From assembly GCA_046758965.1 (NCBI GenBank), contig JBHIBG010000009.1, positions 1-58,016 on the forward strand: a stretch of 58,016 bases of DNA. Reading direction: 5' to 3'. Source of the DNA: Candidatus Methylomirabilia bacterium (GTDB taxonomy: Bacteria; Methylomirabilota; Methylomirabilia; Rokubacteriales; CSP1-6). The notes beneath the pieces are model-generated. The model searched no databases. It had not been told where the DNA came from and worked only from the letters and a program-made list of their open reading frames with translations. Below are positions 1 to 9,562 of the stretch, in pieces; the first letter of the stretch is position 1; the number at the start of each line of letters is the position of its first letter. The position numbers and the translations under genes are program-made.

Positions 1-75
1 GGTCAGAGCCGGGCGCTTCGTGGACGCCCGCACCACGTCGTGGAGCAGCCGGCCGGTCTGCGGGATCGAGATCAC
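1..75 (-). CDS. Probable 5' end of the next operon gene, running off the window (MISIPQTGRLLHDVVRASTKRPALT...)
   Basis: GTG at 75 lies 3 nt after the ino1 stop, and the frame is open to the window edge; too short to assign a product. Confidence 0.35.
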   Translation of the reverse strand, partial: MISIPQTGRLLHDVVRASTKRPALT

Positions 76-78
76 GCC

Positions 79-1152
79 CTACTCTTCGCCGACGATGAAG
101 CGCTCCAGCCGAAGTCGCGCGATCTCGTCAAGCCACTGCTCGGGGGGGGACTTCATCAGGTAGGCGGAGGGGGCGAGGAGGGCACCCTTCAGCCCCCGAT
201 CCAGGGCGAGCTTGGAGCAGCGGATGGCGTCGATCACGACCCCGGCGGAGTTTGGCGAGTCCCAGACCTCGAGCTTCAGCTCCAGGGTGATCGGCAGGTC
301 GCCGAAGCTGCGCCCCTCGAGTCGGATGTGGGCCCACTTGCGGTCCCCGAGCCACGGCACGTAGTCGCTGGGGCCAATGTGCACCGCCTCGGGAGGGAGC
401 GGATGGGCGAGCTGGGAGGTCACCGCGTCGGTCTTGGAGATCTTCTTGGACGCCAGGCGCTGCCGCTCCAGCATGTTGTAGAAGTCAGTGTTGCCTCCGA
501 CGTTGAGCTGGCTGGTGTGTTCCAGAGCGACTCCTCGCTCCATGAAGAGCTGGGTGAGCAGGCGATGGACAATGGTGGCTCCCAGTTGAGACTTGATATC
601 GTCTCCGACCACCGGGAGACCGCGCTCCTCGAAGCGGCGTCGCCAGTAGGCCTCCCGGGCAATGAAGACAGGGATGCAGTTGACAAAGCCACAGCCCGCC
701 TCGAGCACCTGCTCGACGTACCACTTCGTACCCATCTCGCTGCCGACGGGGAGGAAATTGACGACGACGTGCGTCCCGGTGTCCCGGAGGAGGCCGACGA
801 TATCGGCCGTCGAGCCAGGCGCTTTGTGGATCACCTGGGAGAGCTGGCTGCCCAGCCCGTCGTGGGTCATGCCCCGGTGAACGGCCACGCCGAGCGGGGG
901 GACCGCGCAGAATTTCGGCGTGTTGTTCGGCGGGGCGAAGATGGCTTCGGAGAGGTCGAGACCGACCTTCCTGGCGTCGATGTCGAAGGCGGCGGTGAAC
1001 TCGATGTCGCCCACGTGGTACTCCCCCAGGCGGGGGTGCATGAGGCCGGCGACGAATCCGCTCTCGGGGGCGTTCCGGTAATACTGGACGCCTTGGACCA
1101 GGGACGAAGCGCAGTTGCCAACTCCCACGATGGCGACGCGCACGTGTGCCAC
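79..1152 (-). CDS. ino1: Myo-inositol-1(3)-phosphate synthase
   Basis: [19 protein letters not shown] motif, [35 protein letters not shown]; start re-set to GTG 1152 behind AGGAGG SD. Confidence 0.95.
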   Translation of the reverse strand: MAHVRVAIVGVGNCASSLVQGVQYYRNAPESGFVAGLMHPRLGEYHVGDIEFTAAFDIDARKVGLDLSEAIFAPPNNTPKFCAVPPLGVAVHRGMTHDGLGSQLSQVIHKAPGSTADIVGLLRDTGTHVVVNFLPVGSEMGTKWYVEQVLEAGCGFVNCIPVFIAREAYWRRRFEERGLPVVGDDIKSQLGATIVHRLLTQLFMERGVALEHTSQLNVGGNTDFYNMLERQRLASKKISKTDAVTSQLAHPLPPEAVHIGPSDYVPWLGDRKWAHIRLEGRSFGDLPITLELKLEVWDSPNSAGVVIDAIRCSKLALDRGLKGALLAPSAYLMKSPPEQWLDEIARLRLERFIVGEE

Positions 1153-1214
1153 GGAGTGCCTCCTTTCAGGTGAGAGTGGACGGACGGATGAGCGACGCGT
1201 CAGCTCCGAAAAGG

Positions 1215-1243
1215 AGTGTAGCACGCCTCCACAGGCGACGGAA
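1215..1243 (-). promoter_or_regulatory. Putative internal sigma70 promoter for ino1
   Basis: Minus strand TTCCGT-N17-TACACT with extended -10 TG, in a 140-bp intergenic gap. Confidence 0.4.
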
Positions 1244-1292
1244 ATGGAAGACCGAGTGACACCGAGGGCGGAGCGGGTGGCGTGACACGGCC

Positions 1293-2264
1293 TTATGCCC
1301 GGACGTCGGGCGCGAAAGAGTGGACCAGAGCCAGCAAGATGAGCCCGACTGAGACCCAGGTCAGCTCCCGCAGGCGGCGGATCAGCGTGTAAGAGAGTCC
1401 CACGCCGGCGCCCAGGCCGAGGAGCGTGAAGACGACCATATTCCCACCCTCCAGGGCACCGAGCCCGGCTGGGATCATGAATGCCGCAACCTTGATGGCC
1501 GCGCCGAAGGCCTCGATGACGAGCGCCGTGAGCAGCGGAACTGGAATGCCGAGAAAATACAGGATGAGGTAGACTTCCAGAGTTCCCAGCAGCCATCCGA
1601 AGAAGTGGAAGAGCAGTGAGAGCCCGAGCCGTCTCGGGTGCTCCCGATAGAAGAGGGTCAGCGTCCGATCCAGCCGGTGGAACTTCTCGGTGCGCCCCGC
1701 TCCCCAGAGCACTCCCAGCTTTGTGAGGAACCCGAGCCCGCGCCCGAGGACGCCCAGGAGCTGGATCAGGGCGAAGCCGCCCAGCGCGAGGATCTCGATG
1801 ACGAGAAAGCCGGTCATCCCGTTGAGGAACGCGGAGGGGAGCGTCAACAGGAACCAGGCCAGCGCCAACCCCACAGCCAGAAAGAGGCCTTGAGCCAGCG
1901 CAATGGTGGTTTTGCCCACGATCACGGAGGCCAGGCCCTCCTCCAGGGGGACTCGGGGGCGCAGAAGGTAGGCCTTCACCGGCTCGCCGCCCATCGAGGC
2001 CGTGGGCGTGGTGAGATTGAAGGCTTCACCGACCAGCCGCACCGACAAGAGCGTTCGGAACGAGGTCAGGTCACGACGGAATGCGAACCGCCAGCCCAGC
2101 GTGTCCATGGTCGTGACCAGCGCGAAGGGGAAGACCAGGACCACGAGCAGCCGCCATGAGAGCGTCTGAATGGAGGCAAGCACCGTGCCCGGCCCGACCT
2201 GAGCGACCAGGTAGCCGAGGAAGGCAAGGCCCAAGGCGAGGAGGATCCATCGAGTCGCCTTCAT
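1293..2264 (-). CDS. Lysylphosphatidylglycerol-synthase TM / flippase-like (UPF0104) membrane protein
   Basis: Multi-[25 protein letters not shown] and [10 protein letters not shown] motifs; ATG 2264 overlaps the upstream stop (ATGA). Confidence 0.8.
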   Translation of the reverse strand: MKATRWILLALGLAFLGYLVAQVGPGTVLASIQTLSWRLLVVLVFPFALVTTMDTLGWRFAFRRDLTSFRTLLSVRLVGEAFNLTTPTASMGGEPVKAYLLRPRVPLEEGLASVIVGKTTIALAQGLFLAVGLALAWFLLTLPSAFLNGMTGFLVIEILALGGFALIQLLGVLGRGLGFLTKLGVLWGAGRTEKFHRLDRTLTLFYREHPRRLGLSLLFHFFGWLLGTLEVYLILYFLGIPVPLLTALVIEAFGAAIKVAAFMIPAGLGALEGGNMVVFTLLGLGAGVGLSYTLIRRLRELTWVSVGLILLALVHSFAPDVRA

Positions 2265-3451
2265 GGGGCGGCGAGTTTCCGCTGCACCAGGCAGGTGAGC
2301 CAGTAGACGTGGGAGCCCACGGCGAGCAACCCGATGAGAGGAGGGAGCAACCACTGGACCTTCCAAAGGGAGAGCACGAAGAAGAGGAGGACCAGGTAGA
2401 GCATGTCCCGGTTGCCGGTGCCCCGAAGCACGCGGCCAAGACCAGCGGCTCGGTTCGCCCGGGGTGGGAAGAAGTTGGCGAACACCGCGCTCACGATGAT
2501 GCCGGAGCCAGCGACGGCCCCGGCCAGTAGCATGAGGGGGCCGCCCACGGCGGTGGCGGTGGCAGCCATGCCCATGACGACGAGGACGGTAATCACGGTG
2601 TCAACGGACACGTCGAGCCACCGCCCGATCACCGATTCCTGAAAGGTCAGCCGGGCGATCTCCCCATCAGAGTGGTCCGTCACCACGGCGAGCATGTAGA
2701 GGACGAGCCCCAGCAGGGCGGAGAGCGGAGTGGCAAACCAGAACGCCCACGCCCCAGCCAGGCCGAGGCCGAGGCCTGCAAAGCTGACCTGGTTCGGGCT
2801 CACCGGCAGGCGGACCAGGAGGTGGGTCAGCCTGCGGGAGCAGCGCCGGTTGATCACCCGGTCCACGACGCTGTCGGCCTCGGTCCCGAGCATCGAGTAG
2901 AGAAGCGCCTCCGCCTGCCGCCGGCTGCTCGGGTCAGTCACCGGGACGAAGGAGCCTCCACCCGGCACCAGCGTCGTCCGTCCCTCCCGCACCCAGCTCT
3001 CCAGTTCCTCCCCGACGGGCCTCCCCGCGCTGAGCGGGGCCCAGAGTCTCCGAGCCTGCTCGCCGGAAACCACCAGGACCGGCGACGGCCCCCCCTTCGA
3101 TTCCTCCAGCGCGACGGCGGCTCCGCGCTCCGCGGCCTGGAGGAGCGCGCGAAGGCTCCTGGACTCCACGACCGCATTGGCAGGGAGCAGCAGGAACGGC
3201 CCGGCGCCGGGGGTTCGATCCGGATCGGCCTCCAGCGAGACCACCCTGGCGGCCAGGAGCGGGTGACGCTGGATCCTGCCCAGAAGGAGATCGTCGGCCA
3301 GCGCTCGGGGGAGCCCCACCCGCCGAGCCCCGGCGCTCACGGCAGCCATGACGGCGCGCAGGAGGACGCTCAGGCCGGCGATAGGGCGCCGCGCCCATTC
3401 GTGGCTCCCGGCGTCCGGGAGGTAGACAATCGCCCACGGGCCCCGTTCCAT
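2261..3451 (-). CDS. CDP-alcohol phosphotransferase with degenerate N-terminal nucleotidyltransferase-like domain
   Basis: SPNQVS and DHSDGEIAR...G...D...D signature; soluble N-terminal domain of about 190 aa (PIAGLSVLLRAV). Confidence 0.85.
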   Translation of the reverse strand: MERGPWAIVYLPDAGSHEWARRPIAGLSVLLRAVMAAVSAGARRVGLPRALADDLLLGRIQRHPLLAARVVSLEADPDRTPGAGPFLLLPANAVVESRSLRALLQAAERGAAVALEESKGGPSPVLVVSGEQARRLWAPLSAGRPVGEELESWVREGRTTLVPGGGSFVPVTDPSSRRQAEALLYSMLGTEADSVVDRVINRRCSRRLTHLLVRLPVSPNQVSFAGLGLGLAGAWAFWFATPLSALLGLVLYMLAVVTDHSDGEIARLTFQESVIGRWLDVSVDTVITVLVVMGMAATATAVGGPLMLLAGAVAGSGIIVSAVFANFFPPRANRAAGLGRVLRGTGNRDMLYLVLLFFVLSLWKVQWLLPPLIGLLAVGSHVYWLTCLVQRKLAAP

Positions 3452-4198
3452 CTACCCTGCTCCGTGCTCAGCGGCTTGGATCCGAGGAAGGATTTCCCGC
3501 TCCGCATGCCTCAGATCTTCGGGGAAGTCGACCTCGGCCCACGACAGCCCCGCCACGTCCACCCAGCTCACCTCGACGCGGCCGAGAAGGCGGTTGAGAG
3601 CATCCTCGTACTCGCTGCCGTCGCCCGCTTCCTGCCGGGTCTCGGCGAGGCAGGCCACGAGGGCTCGTGTATGAGCCTGCCCACACTTGAAGAACCCCAC
3701 CCCTTCACCGACCACGTCGTGAGGCGGGGGGACAGTCTTCTTCCCCATCGCCACCACTCGAGGCCCGGCGGCGTAGAGCTTGACCTCCTCTCCGGTGTCG
3801 GTGAAGCTCCGGTCCAGCAGGAGTGCGCTTTCCGCGCGGCTCTCGACCAGACGGTTGAGCAGCTCGGTCGGGAACAGGACATCGGCGTCCATGATCAGGC
3901 AGTGACCCGTGAGGGCCATGCGAGCGCTCCAGAGGGAGGTCAGCGACCCCTTGAGGTACTCCGGGTTCTCCACGTAGCGCACGGCGACAGCTCCGAAGCG
4001 GGGGCCGATGCGAGCGCGAATCCGTTCTTGGCAGTGGCCGACCACCAGGAGCGCCTCCGGGATTGCCAGCGCATCCAGCGCTGCCAGCATCCGCTCAAGG
4101 AGCGACCGCCCCCCCACGGGAAGGAGACACTTGGGCTGATGGTCGGTCAATGGGGCCAACCGCCGCCCCACGCCCGCAGCAAGGATGATCGCCCTCAT
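3452..4198 (-). CDS. Phosphocholine/phosphonate cytidylyltransferase (LicC/PntC-like)
   Basis: MRAIILAAGVGRRLAPLT...PKCLL, MDADV, WAEVDFPEDL; ATG 4198 overlaps the upstream stop. Confidence 0.85.
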   Translation of the reverse strand: MRAIILAAGVGRRLAPLTDHQPKCLLPVGGRSLLERMLAALDALAIPEALLVVGHCQERIRARIGPRFGAVAVRYVENPEYLKGSLTSLWSARMALTGHCLIMDADVLFPTELLNRLVESRAESALLLDRSFTDTGEEVKLYAAGPRVVAMGKKTVPPPHDVVGEGVGFFKCGQAHTRALVACLAETRQEAGDGSEYEDALNRLLGRVEVSWVDVAGLSWAEVDFPEDLRHAEREILPRIQAAEHGAG

Positions 4199-5478
4199 TT
4201 CCTTCGCTCGGAGGGGGGTTCCGTCCCCGTACACTCGCCTCCGGCTCGCGCTCTCCACAGCCTCGCCTCCGCGAGGCTGCTTCGCGTGCCGAACCTCCTC
4301 CCACGATTGCGCGGGCAAGGCCCGTGCTCGAAGCTGCAAAGCGCGGATACGGGAGCGCCCGAGCCGGAGGCGCGGGGAGAGGGGCCATGCCCCCCTCCGA
4401 GGGGAAGGACCGCCTCGAGGACCGTGAGGAACTGGCGATACTCCTCGAGGGAGATATCCCCCATGTTCGCCACGCGGAAGATCCGGGTCGCGAGGACCCC
4501 CTGGCCAGCGTAAATCACGAAACCCTGGGCTTTGAGTTGGTCGTGAAGCGAGGCGTACGAGACACCCTGGGGCAGCTCCAGCGCGGTGATGGTGTTCCCG
4601 CGAAGTGGAGCGGGGAGGAGGGGGGAGAGGCCGAGGCGGACAAAGCCTTCTCGGAGGAGAGCCGCGGCGCGGCCGTAGCGGGCGATGCGTCCAGCCACCG
4701 TCTCCTCGAGAAGCTCGGCCAGCGCCTCGTCTAAGGCATAGGCCGCCTGGACTGCCGGAGTAAAAAGTGGGTCACCCTTCTCCTGGGCCTCCCAGTGACT
4801 CGGGAGGTTCAGGTAAACCGAACGCGGCGGGATGCCGGCCAGGCGCGCCACCTCTTCATGGCCCACCAGGACGAAGGCGAGGCCCGGAACCCCCTGGATG
4901 CACTTATTGGCTGTTCCCACGCAGAGATCCACCCTCTGTGCCCGGAGGTCGAGGGCCTCGCCGCCGAGGCCTGAGATCGAGTCCACCAGGAGCGATTTGC
5001 CAGCGGCTCTGGTGAGGCTGCCGACCTCGGCGACCGGGTTGATAAGGCCGGTGGTCGTTTCATGGTGGACCATCGCCACCACCTGAATCCCGGGATCTCT
5101 CGCGAGGAGAGCCTCGACCTGGGCCAGGTCGGGCGGCTCTGTCCACCCGGTGGTGACCTCCACCACCCGGATTCCGTGAACCCTTGCCATCCGCGCGATC
5201 CGCTCCCCGTACACCCCGTTGACGACCGCCAGGATGGCCCGTCCGGGCTCCACGGAGGAGACCAAAGCCGCCTCCAGAGCTGCCGAGCCCGAGCCGGTTA
5301 TCAGGACAGCCGTGTAGCCGGAGGGGGCGAATGCTGCGCACAGGCGAGAACGGATCGACGCCATCAGGCTCGAGAATTCGCCCTCGCGGTGACAGATGTC
5401 AGCCCGGAGCAGGGCCTGCCGGACCCGCTCGGAGATGTTGACCGGACCAGGGTTGAGGAGCACCGTGCGGCGGGCCAT
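4195..5478 (-). CDS. 2-aminoethylphosphonate aminotransferase (PhnW/AepZ family, PLP class V) with repeat-derived C-terminal extension
   Basis: LLNPGP, HHETTTG, TANKCIQGVPG PLP-lysine motif, GFVIYAGQG; adjacent to Ppd and PepM. Confidence 0.88.
   Translation of the reverse strand: MARRTVLLNPGPVNISERVRQALLRADICHREGEFSSLMASIRSRLCAAFAPSGYTAVLITGSGSAALEAALVSSVEPGRAILAVVNGVYGERIARMARVHGIRVVEVTTGWTEPPDLAQVEALLARDPGIQVVAMVHHETTTGLINPVAEVGSLTRAAGKSLLVDSISGLGGEALDLRAQRVDLCVGTANKCIQGVPGLAFVLVGHEEVARLAGIPPRSVYLNLPSHWEAQEKGDPLFTPAVQAAYALDEALAELLEETVAGRIARYGRAAALLREGFVRLGLSPLLPAPLRGNTITALELPQGVSYASLHDQLKAQGFVIYAGQGVLATRIFRVANMGDISLEEYRQFLTVLEAVLPLGGGHGPSPRASGSGAPVSALCSFEHGPCPRNRGRRFGTRSSLAEARLWRARAGGECTGTEPPSERRK
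4207..4401. repeat. 195-bp composite palindromic element inserted in-frame at the 3' end of the AEP transaminase gene
   Basis: Ends are imperfect ~50-bp inverted repeats (CTCGGAGGGGGG...CCCCCCTCCGAG) with internal hairpins; homologous to 14945-15045 and 25917-26041. Confidence 0.8.
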
Positions 5479-5480
5479 CG

Positions 5481-6662
5481 CTACCCCCTTGGATTCACTG
5501 CCGAGCGGAACCGGTTCCGGATCTCGAGGGGAAGGTAGGGGATCCGCGGCACGTCCTCCTCGTGGGTGGTGACCTTGATCAGCAGGAAGTGGGGACCGTC
5601 CTGGGCCAGGGCGGCCCCGAGCGCGGCCTCGATGTCGGGCTTCGCCGCCACCGCGCGGGCGGTCCGGTAACCGGCAGCGGCGGCGAGGTGGTCGAGCCGG
5701 ACCTCCCGCGAAACAGAACGTTGGTTCCCGGTAGAGCCATAGACCTCGTTGTCGAAAACCAGGTGGCTGAAGTTCCTCGGCCGGAGCGCCCCGACCATCG
5801 GAAGGATTCCCAGGCTCATGAGGAGGTTGCCGTCACCATCGAAGACCACCGGCCGGAGATCGGGCCGCGCCAGGGCCAACCCCAGGCCGATGGCGGAGGC
5901 GAGCCCCATCGAGCCGATCATGTAGAAGTTCTGCTGCCGGTCCGCCACCGCGTGTGATTCCCTGCAGAGATAGCCGTTAGCGTGAATCACCGGCTCCACT
6001 CCGAGGCACCCAACCACGATGCGAAGGGCTTCCATCCGTGACAGCTCAGGGGCCGGGAGCGCGCCACCTCCTGACCCGAGGCGATCTGGCCCGGCAGTGG
6101 CCCGCTCGTCCTCCCCCCCTTCGGAGGCGAGGGCGCGGTGAAGGGGGGGAGGAGGTGAGTCCTCCGAGCGCTCCTCCTCGAGGATGCGGGGAGGGAGGAG
6201 CAGAGCCACGGGCTCCATGCGACGCTCAGCTTCCTCAGTCGCCCACCTGAGATCGCTCCCGATGGAGGGACCGGAGAGCTCCCGGTGCTGGATGCCGACA
6301 AGCCCCAGGAGCTCCTGGGTGATGGCACCCGTCAGGAGGTGCTCGGGGGCATCCGCGCCGCCGTAACCGCGCCAGGTCACCACCAGGAGGGCTGGCAGCT
6401 TGTAGAGGAGCGAGAGGGACGCAAGGGCATTCAAGCCCGTCCCGAGCCCCGAGTTCTGGATGAGCACCACCGGGCGCCTGCCGCTGAGCCAGGCACCCGC
6501 CGCAAGCCCCACGGCCACGTCCTCGCGCACCGCGGGGAGGTAGGGCAAGCGGGGGTGGTCCTCCAACGCGCGCAGCACCGTCTCGATCAGCGAGCAGGGG
6601 ACGCCCGTGAAGAAGTTGTAGCCCTGCCCCTCGAGCAGCTCGGCGAACTCTTTGCCCGTCAT
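5481..6662 (-). CDS. Phosphonopyruvate decarboxylase (fused alpha/beta, TPP-dependent; Ppd/ComDE family)
   Basis: FFTGVPCS, QNSGLG, DAPEH, FYMIGSMG, DGDGNLLM...DNEVYGSTGNQ TPP motif; downstream of PEP mutase. Confidence 0.88.
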   Translation of the reverse strand: MTGKEFAELLEGQGYNFFTGVPCSLIETVLRALEDHPRLPYLPAVREDVAVGLAAGAWLSGRRPVVLIQNSGLGTGLNALASLSLLYKLPALLVVTWRGYGGADAPEHLLTGAITQELLGLVGIQHRELSGPSIGSDLRWATEEAERRMEPVALLLPPRILEEERSEDSPPPPLHRALASEGGEDERATAGPDRLGSGGGALPAPELSRMEALRIVVGCLGVEPVIHANGYLCRESHAVADRQQNFYMIGSMGLASAIGLGLALARPDLRPVVFDGDGNLLMSLGILPMVGALRPRNFSHLVFDNEVYGSTGNQRSVSREVRLDHLAAAAGYRTARAVAAKPDIEAALGAALAQDGPHFLLIKVTTHEEDVPRIPYLPLEIRNRFRSAVNPRG

Positions 6663-6725
6663 GAACCGTTCGACAGACGAACACCCACCGGGAGGTGGGC
6701 GTTCGGTGCTCCGAAGCGGACCGGG

Positions 6726-8396
6726 CTACTGCTTGATCTCAGCCCACGCCCGCTGATAGTCCTCAAACGTGTCAACCTCTAGCCACCCTTTGTACACGCT
6801 GACGCAGGAGACCGGCTCGCCCCGGTCCACGAGCTCCTGCAGGAGATCGGTGAAGGCTGCCCGCTCTAACGAGTCCGCCTCGTGGAAGGCCGTCGCCGGG
6901 GCAGTGGCATTGAGCCGGGTCCAGGTCTCTCGGAGCAGCTGGGAGCCCCGCTCCGAGAGGAGCGCCATGCCGATGAACTCTCCCGTCGCCTCCTCAGGCG
7001 GGATGCGCTGGCCCACGCGGAGCACCGTGTCGTCGTCCGCCGACGGAAGAAAGCGGTGGCCACGCTCGGGGGGGTCCCTGGTGACCACGAGGTCCATGGG
7101 CTTGGAGAGCGGCAGCAGCCGGTCGCGGTGGTCCATCCACGACCGGTCCACGACGATGGCCAGATCGGCCTTGGACCGGAGCAGCTTTTCCAGCACCGCC
7201 TGGTCGAAGAGGATGTCGGAGTACAGGAAGATCAGCCGACCCTCGAGTTCGGCGTCGGCGGTGAACAACGAGTAGAGCTCCCCGGTCTCCTCGTAGCGGT
7301 CGTTGTCGTAGTAGCGGATCCCCGGCAGCGCAAGCCGCTCCTTCCGGTAGCCTCGCACCACGACCACGTCCTGAATCCCGGAGGCGCGGAGCGTCTCCAG
7401 CTGGCGCTCCAGGATGCTCTGCCCCTTGATGTCGAGGAGGCACTTGGGTCGATCCTCGGTCAGCGGGAGCAGCGATTTGCCTGACCCTGCCGCGATGATG
7501 ATGGCCCGCACCTGCTCCCCCGCCGTCGGGATGAATTCGGCCTCGGAGGCCTTGAACTCCGAGACGCCCACGAGGGCGTAGATCTCCTCCAGCGTCGCAA
7601 TCTGGGAGGCGACCGCCTCCAGATGGCGCGTCCGCGCCAGCGTGAGAAGGGTCTCCTGCATCCCTTTCACGGCGCCCCGAAGGACCTGGTTAGCGAAGAT
7701 CACGAGTTTCACGCCGCCGGACTCCAGCTCCTCGATGCGAACCGAGGGGTAGAGGGTAGGCACCACCACAATGGGGTTGGACCGCTCCCACCGAGTCATG
7801 AACTCCAGCACCTCGGCGGCCGTATCGGCCTTGGAGTGGACGAGGATCATGTCCGCGCCGGCGTCGGCGTATGCCTGGGCGCGCTTGAGCGCCTCCGGAA
7901 CCCCCCAGCCCGCGATCAACGCCTCGGTCCGGGCGATGACGACGAAGTCAGGGTCCTCCTGGGCTCGCTTGGCTGCACGGATCTTCCCGGCGTGCTCCTC
8001 GATCGTGGCCAGCTGCCGGCGAAGGCCGGAGTAGAGGCTGGAGCGCTTGGGGAAAATGTTATCCTCGAGGGAGATCCCCGCGATGCCGACCCGCTCATAT
8101 TCCTCGACGGTGCGGATCACGTTGATGGCGTTGCCGTACCCGTTGTCGCAGTCGGCGAGGACCGGGATGCTCACGGCGTCGTTGATGTGGTGAGCGACCT
8201 CCAGGTTTTCGGTCATGGTAAGCAGGTTCACATCCGGCATGGCCCGCTGGGAGGCGGCCACCGTGAAGCTGGAAGACCAGACGACGGGGAACCGGGCGCC
8301 CTCGATGAGCTTCGCGCTCAGCGCATCATGGGCGCCCGCCGCGATCACGATCCCAGGCCGCCGCAGGAGCGCTCGAAGCTTCCCCGCTTTGGTCAT
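6726..8396 (-). CDS. pepM: PEP mutase-family enzyme fused to a C-terminal nucleotidyltransferase
   Basis: GAHDALSA, DCDNGYG, EDNIFPKRSS loop, ARTEALIAG, LVHSK; C-terminal AIIIAAG...PKCLL and WLEVDTFEDY. Confidence 0.8.
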   Translation of the reverse strand: MTKAGKLRALLRRPGIVIAAGAHDALSAKLIEGARFPVVWSSSFTVAASQRAMPDVNLLTMTENLEVAHHINDAVSIPVLADCDNGYGNAINVIRTVEEYERVGIAGISLEDNIFPKRSSLYSGLRRQLATIEEHAGKIRAAKRAQEDPDFVVIARTEALIAGWGVPEALKRAQAYADAGADMILVHSKADTAAEVLEFMTRWERSNPIVVVPTLYPSVRIEELESGGVKLVIFANQVLRGAVKGMQETLLTLARTRHLEAVASQIATLEEIYALVGVSEFKASEAEFIPTAGEQVRAIIIAAGSGKSLLPLTEDRPKCLLDIKGQSILERQLETLRASGIQDVVVVRGYRKERLALPGIRYYDNDRYEETGELYSLFTADAELEGRLIFLYSDILFDQAVLEKLLRSKADLAIVVDRSWMDHRDRLLPLSKPMDLVVTRDPPERGHRFLPSADDDTVLRVGQRIPPEEATGEFIGMALLSERGSQLLRETWTRLNATAPATAFHEADSLERAAFTDLLQELVDRGEPVSCVSVYKGWLEVDTFEDYQRAWAEIKQ

Positions 8397-8438
8397 TGAT
8401 CGATCACAGGCTCTCACCGGAGGAGGCAGCATGCTGGA

Positions 8439-9083
8439 TCATCGCGTGACCCCGGCCTCCCTCTCACGATATTTCGCCTGTTTGGCTTTCAACCGTTTCA
8501 CGAGGTCTTCGTAGGAAGACTTCCGGATGATCTTGCTGAGCTGGGAGCGGTAGTTGCGGATGAGGCTTACGCCCTCGACGACGACGTCGTAGACCAACCA
8601 GCGGCCTCCGCGCCTGTGCATCCGGTAGTCCACGGGCACCTCAGTTCCCTGTTTGGTGATGACCTTGGTTCGCACCGTGGTCCGGTCCCCGTCCAGACTC
8701 TCGCCGAGGTAGATGACCCGCTCGCCTCCGTACTGGTCGATCCTGGAGAAGTAGGCACGTTCCAACAGATCCCCGAACAACCGGACGAACTCTTCCCGTT
8801 CGCGCGTGCTTCGCTCCCGCCAGTGCCGGGCGAGCGAGCGCCTGGCTGTCTCCGTGAAATCAAAGGTCTCGTTGGCAACTTTCCGGATCGCCGCTCGCCG
8901 CTCCTTGAGCTTCCCCTCGGCCTTCAGCTCCGGATCTTGCAGCAGTTTGATGGCCTTGTCGACGGAGTGCTTGAGCTGCTCTGTCGGGGCGCCGGCCCGG
9001 ACGTCCCGCGCCACGGCACCGACCAGGAGGAACGCCGCCGAGACACCGAAGGTAGCGACGCAGAGCGTTTTTTGCGCCGTCAT
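8439..9083 (-). CDS. mlaC: MlaC/Ttg2D (HpnM-like) periplasmic lipid-binding protein
   Basis: Signal peptide; FDFTETARRSL, VDYRM, VYDVVVEGVSLIRNYRSQ. Confidence 0.9.
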   Translation of the reverse strand: MTAQKTLCVATFGVSAAFLLVGAVARDVRAGAPTEQLKHSVDKAIKLLQDPELKAEGKLKERRAAIRKVANETFDFTETARRSLARHWRERSTREREEFVRLFGDLLERAYFSRIDQYGGERVIYLGESLDGDRTTVRTKVITKQGTEVPVDYRMHRRGGRWLVYDVVVEGVSLIRNYRSQLSKIIRKSSYEDLVKRLKAKQAKYREREAGVTR

Positions 9084-9553
9084 TTGTCAAGCCCTCCTAG
9101 ATCGTCCCCGGAGTCGACGCCACCGAAGATGTACTTGGCGACGAGTTCCTCGAAATCCACCGGCGCTTCAACCTCGCGGATCCGGCCGTCGGGGGGGATG
9201 ATCTGATCCGATCCCCCCGGGCTGATCCGCACGTATTTCTCCCCGATGAGTCCTTTGGTCTTGATGGAGGCGATCGCATCGTCCTGCAGCTGGACGCCGC
9301 TCCGGATCCACATGACCACCCGGGCCTGGTAGTCAGCGAGGCCGAGGGAATCCACCCGACCGACCTCCACCCCCGCGATCTCCACTGGCGAGCCCGGCCT
9401 CAATCCCCCCGCAGACGGGAAGTCCGCCGTCACCAGATATCCGCCGCTTCCCAGCAGATTGACCTGCCCCAGTTTAATCGAAAGGTAGCCGAGCGACAAG
9501 AGACCGATGAGCATGAAGACCCCGACTCCGAGCTCTAGTGTGAGATGTCTCAT
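9080..9553 (-). CDS. mlaD: MlaD/MCE-domain protein
   Basis: N-terminal TM; GLRPGSPVEIAGVEVGRV, IKTKGLIGEKYV. Confidence 0.92.
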   Translation of the reverse strand: MRHLTLELGVGVFMLIGLLSLGYLSIKLGQVNLLGSGGYLVTADFPSAGGLRPGSPVEIAGVEVGRVDSLGLADYQARVVMWIRSGVQLQDDAIASIKTKGLIGEKYVRISPGGSDQIIPPDGRIREVEAPVDFEELVAKYIFGGVDSGDDLGGLDK

Positions 9554-9562
9554 ATTTCTCTC

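Noticed and set aside
5481..6662. Sulfopyruvate decarboxylase / coenzyme M or taurine pathway
   Set aside because: No ComA/B/C in the window; PepM and cytidylyltransferase context favours phosphonate, though not formally excluded
6678..6705. Hairpin between pepM and ppd as a terminator
   Set aside because: No U-tract; more likely an mRNA stability element, not reportable with confidence
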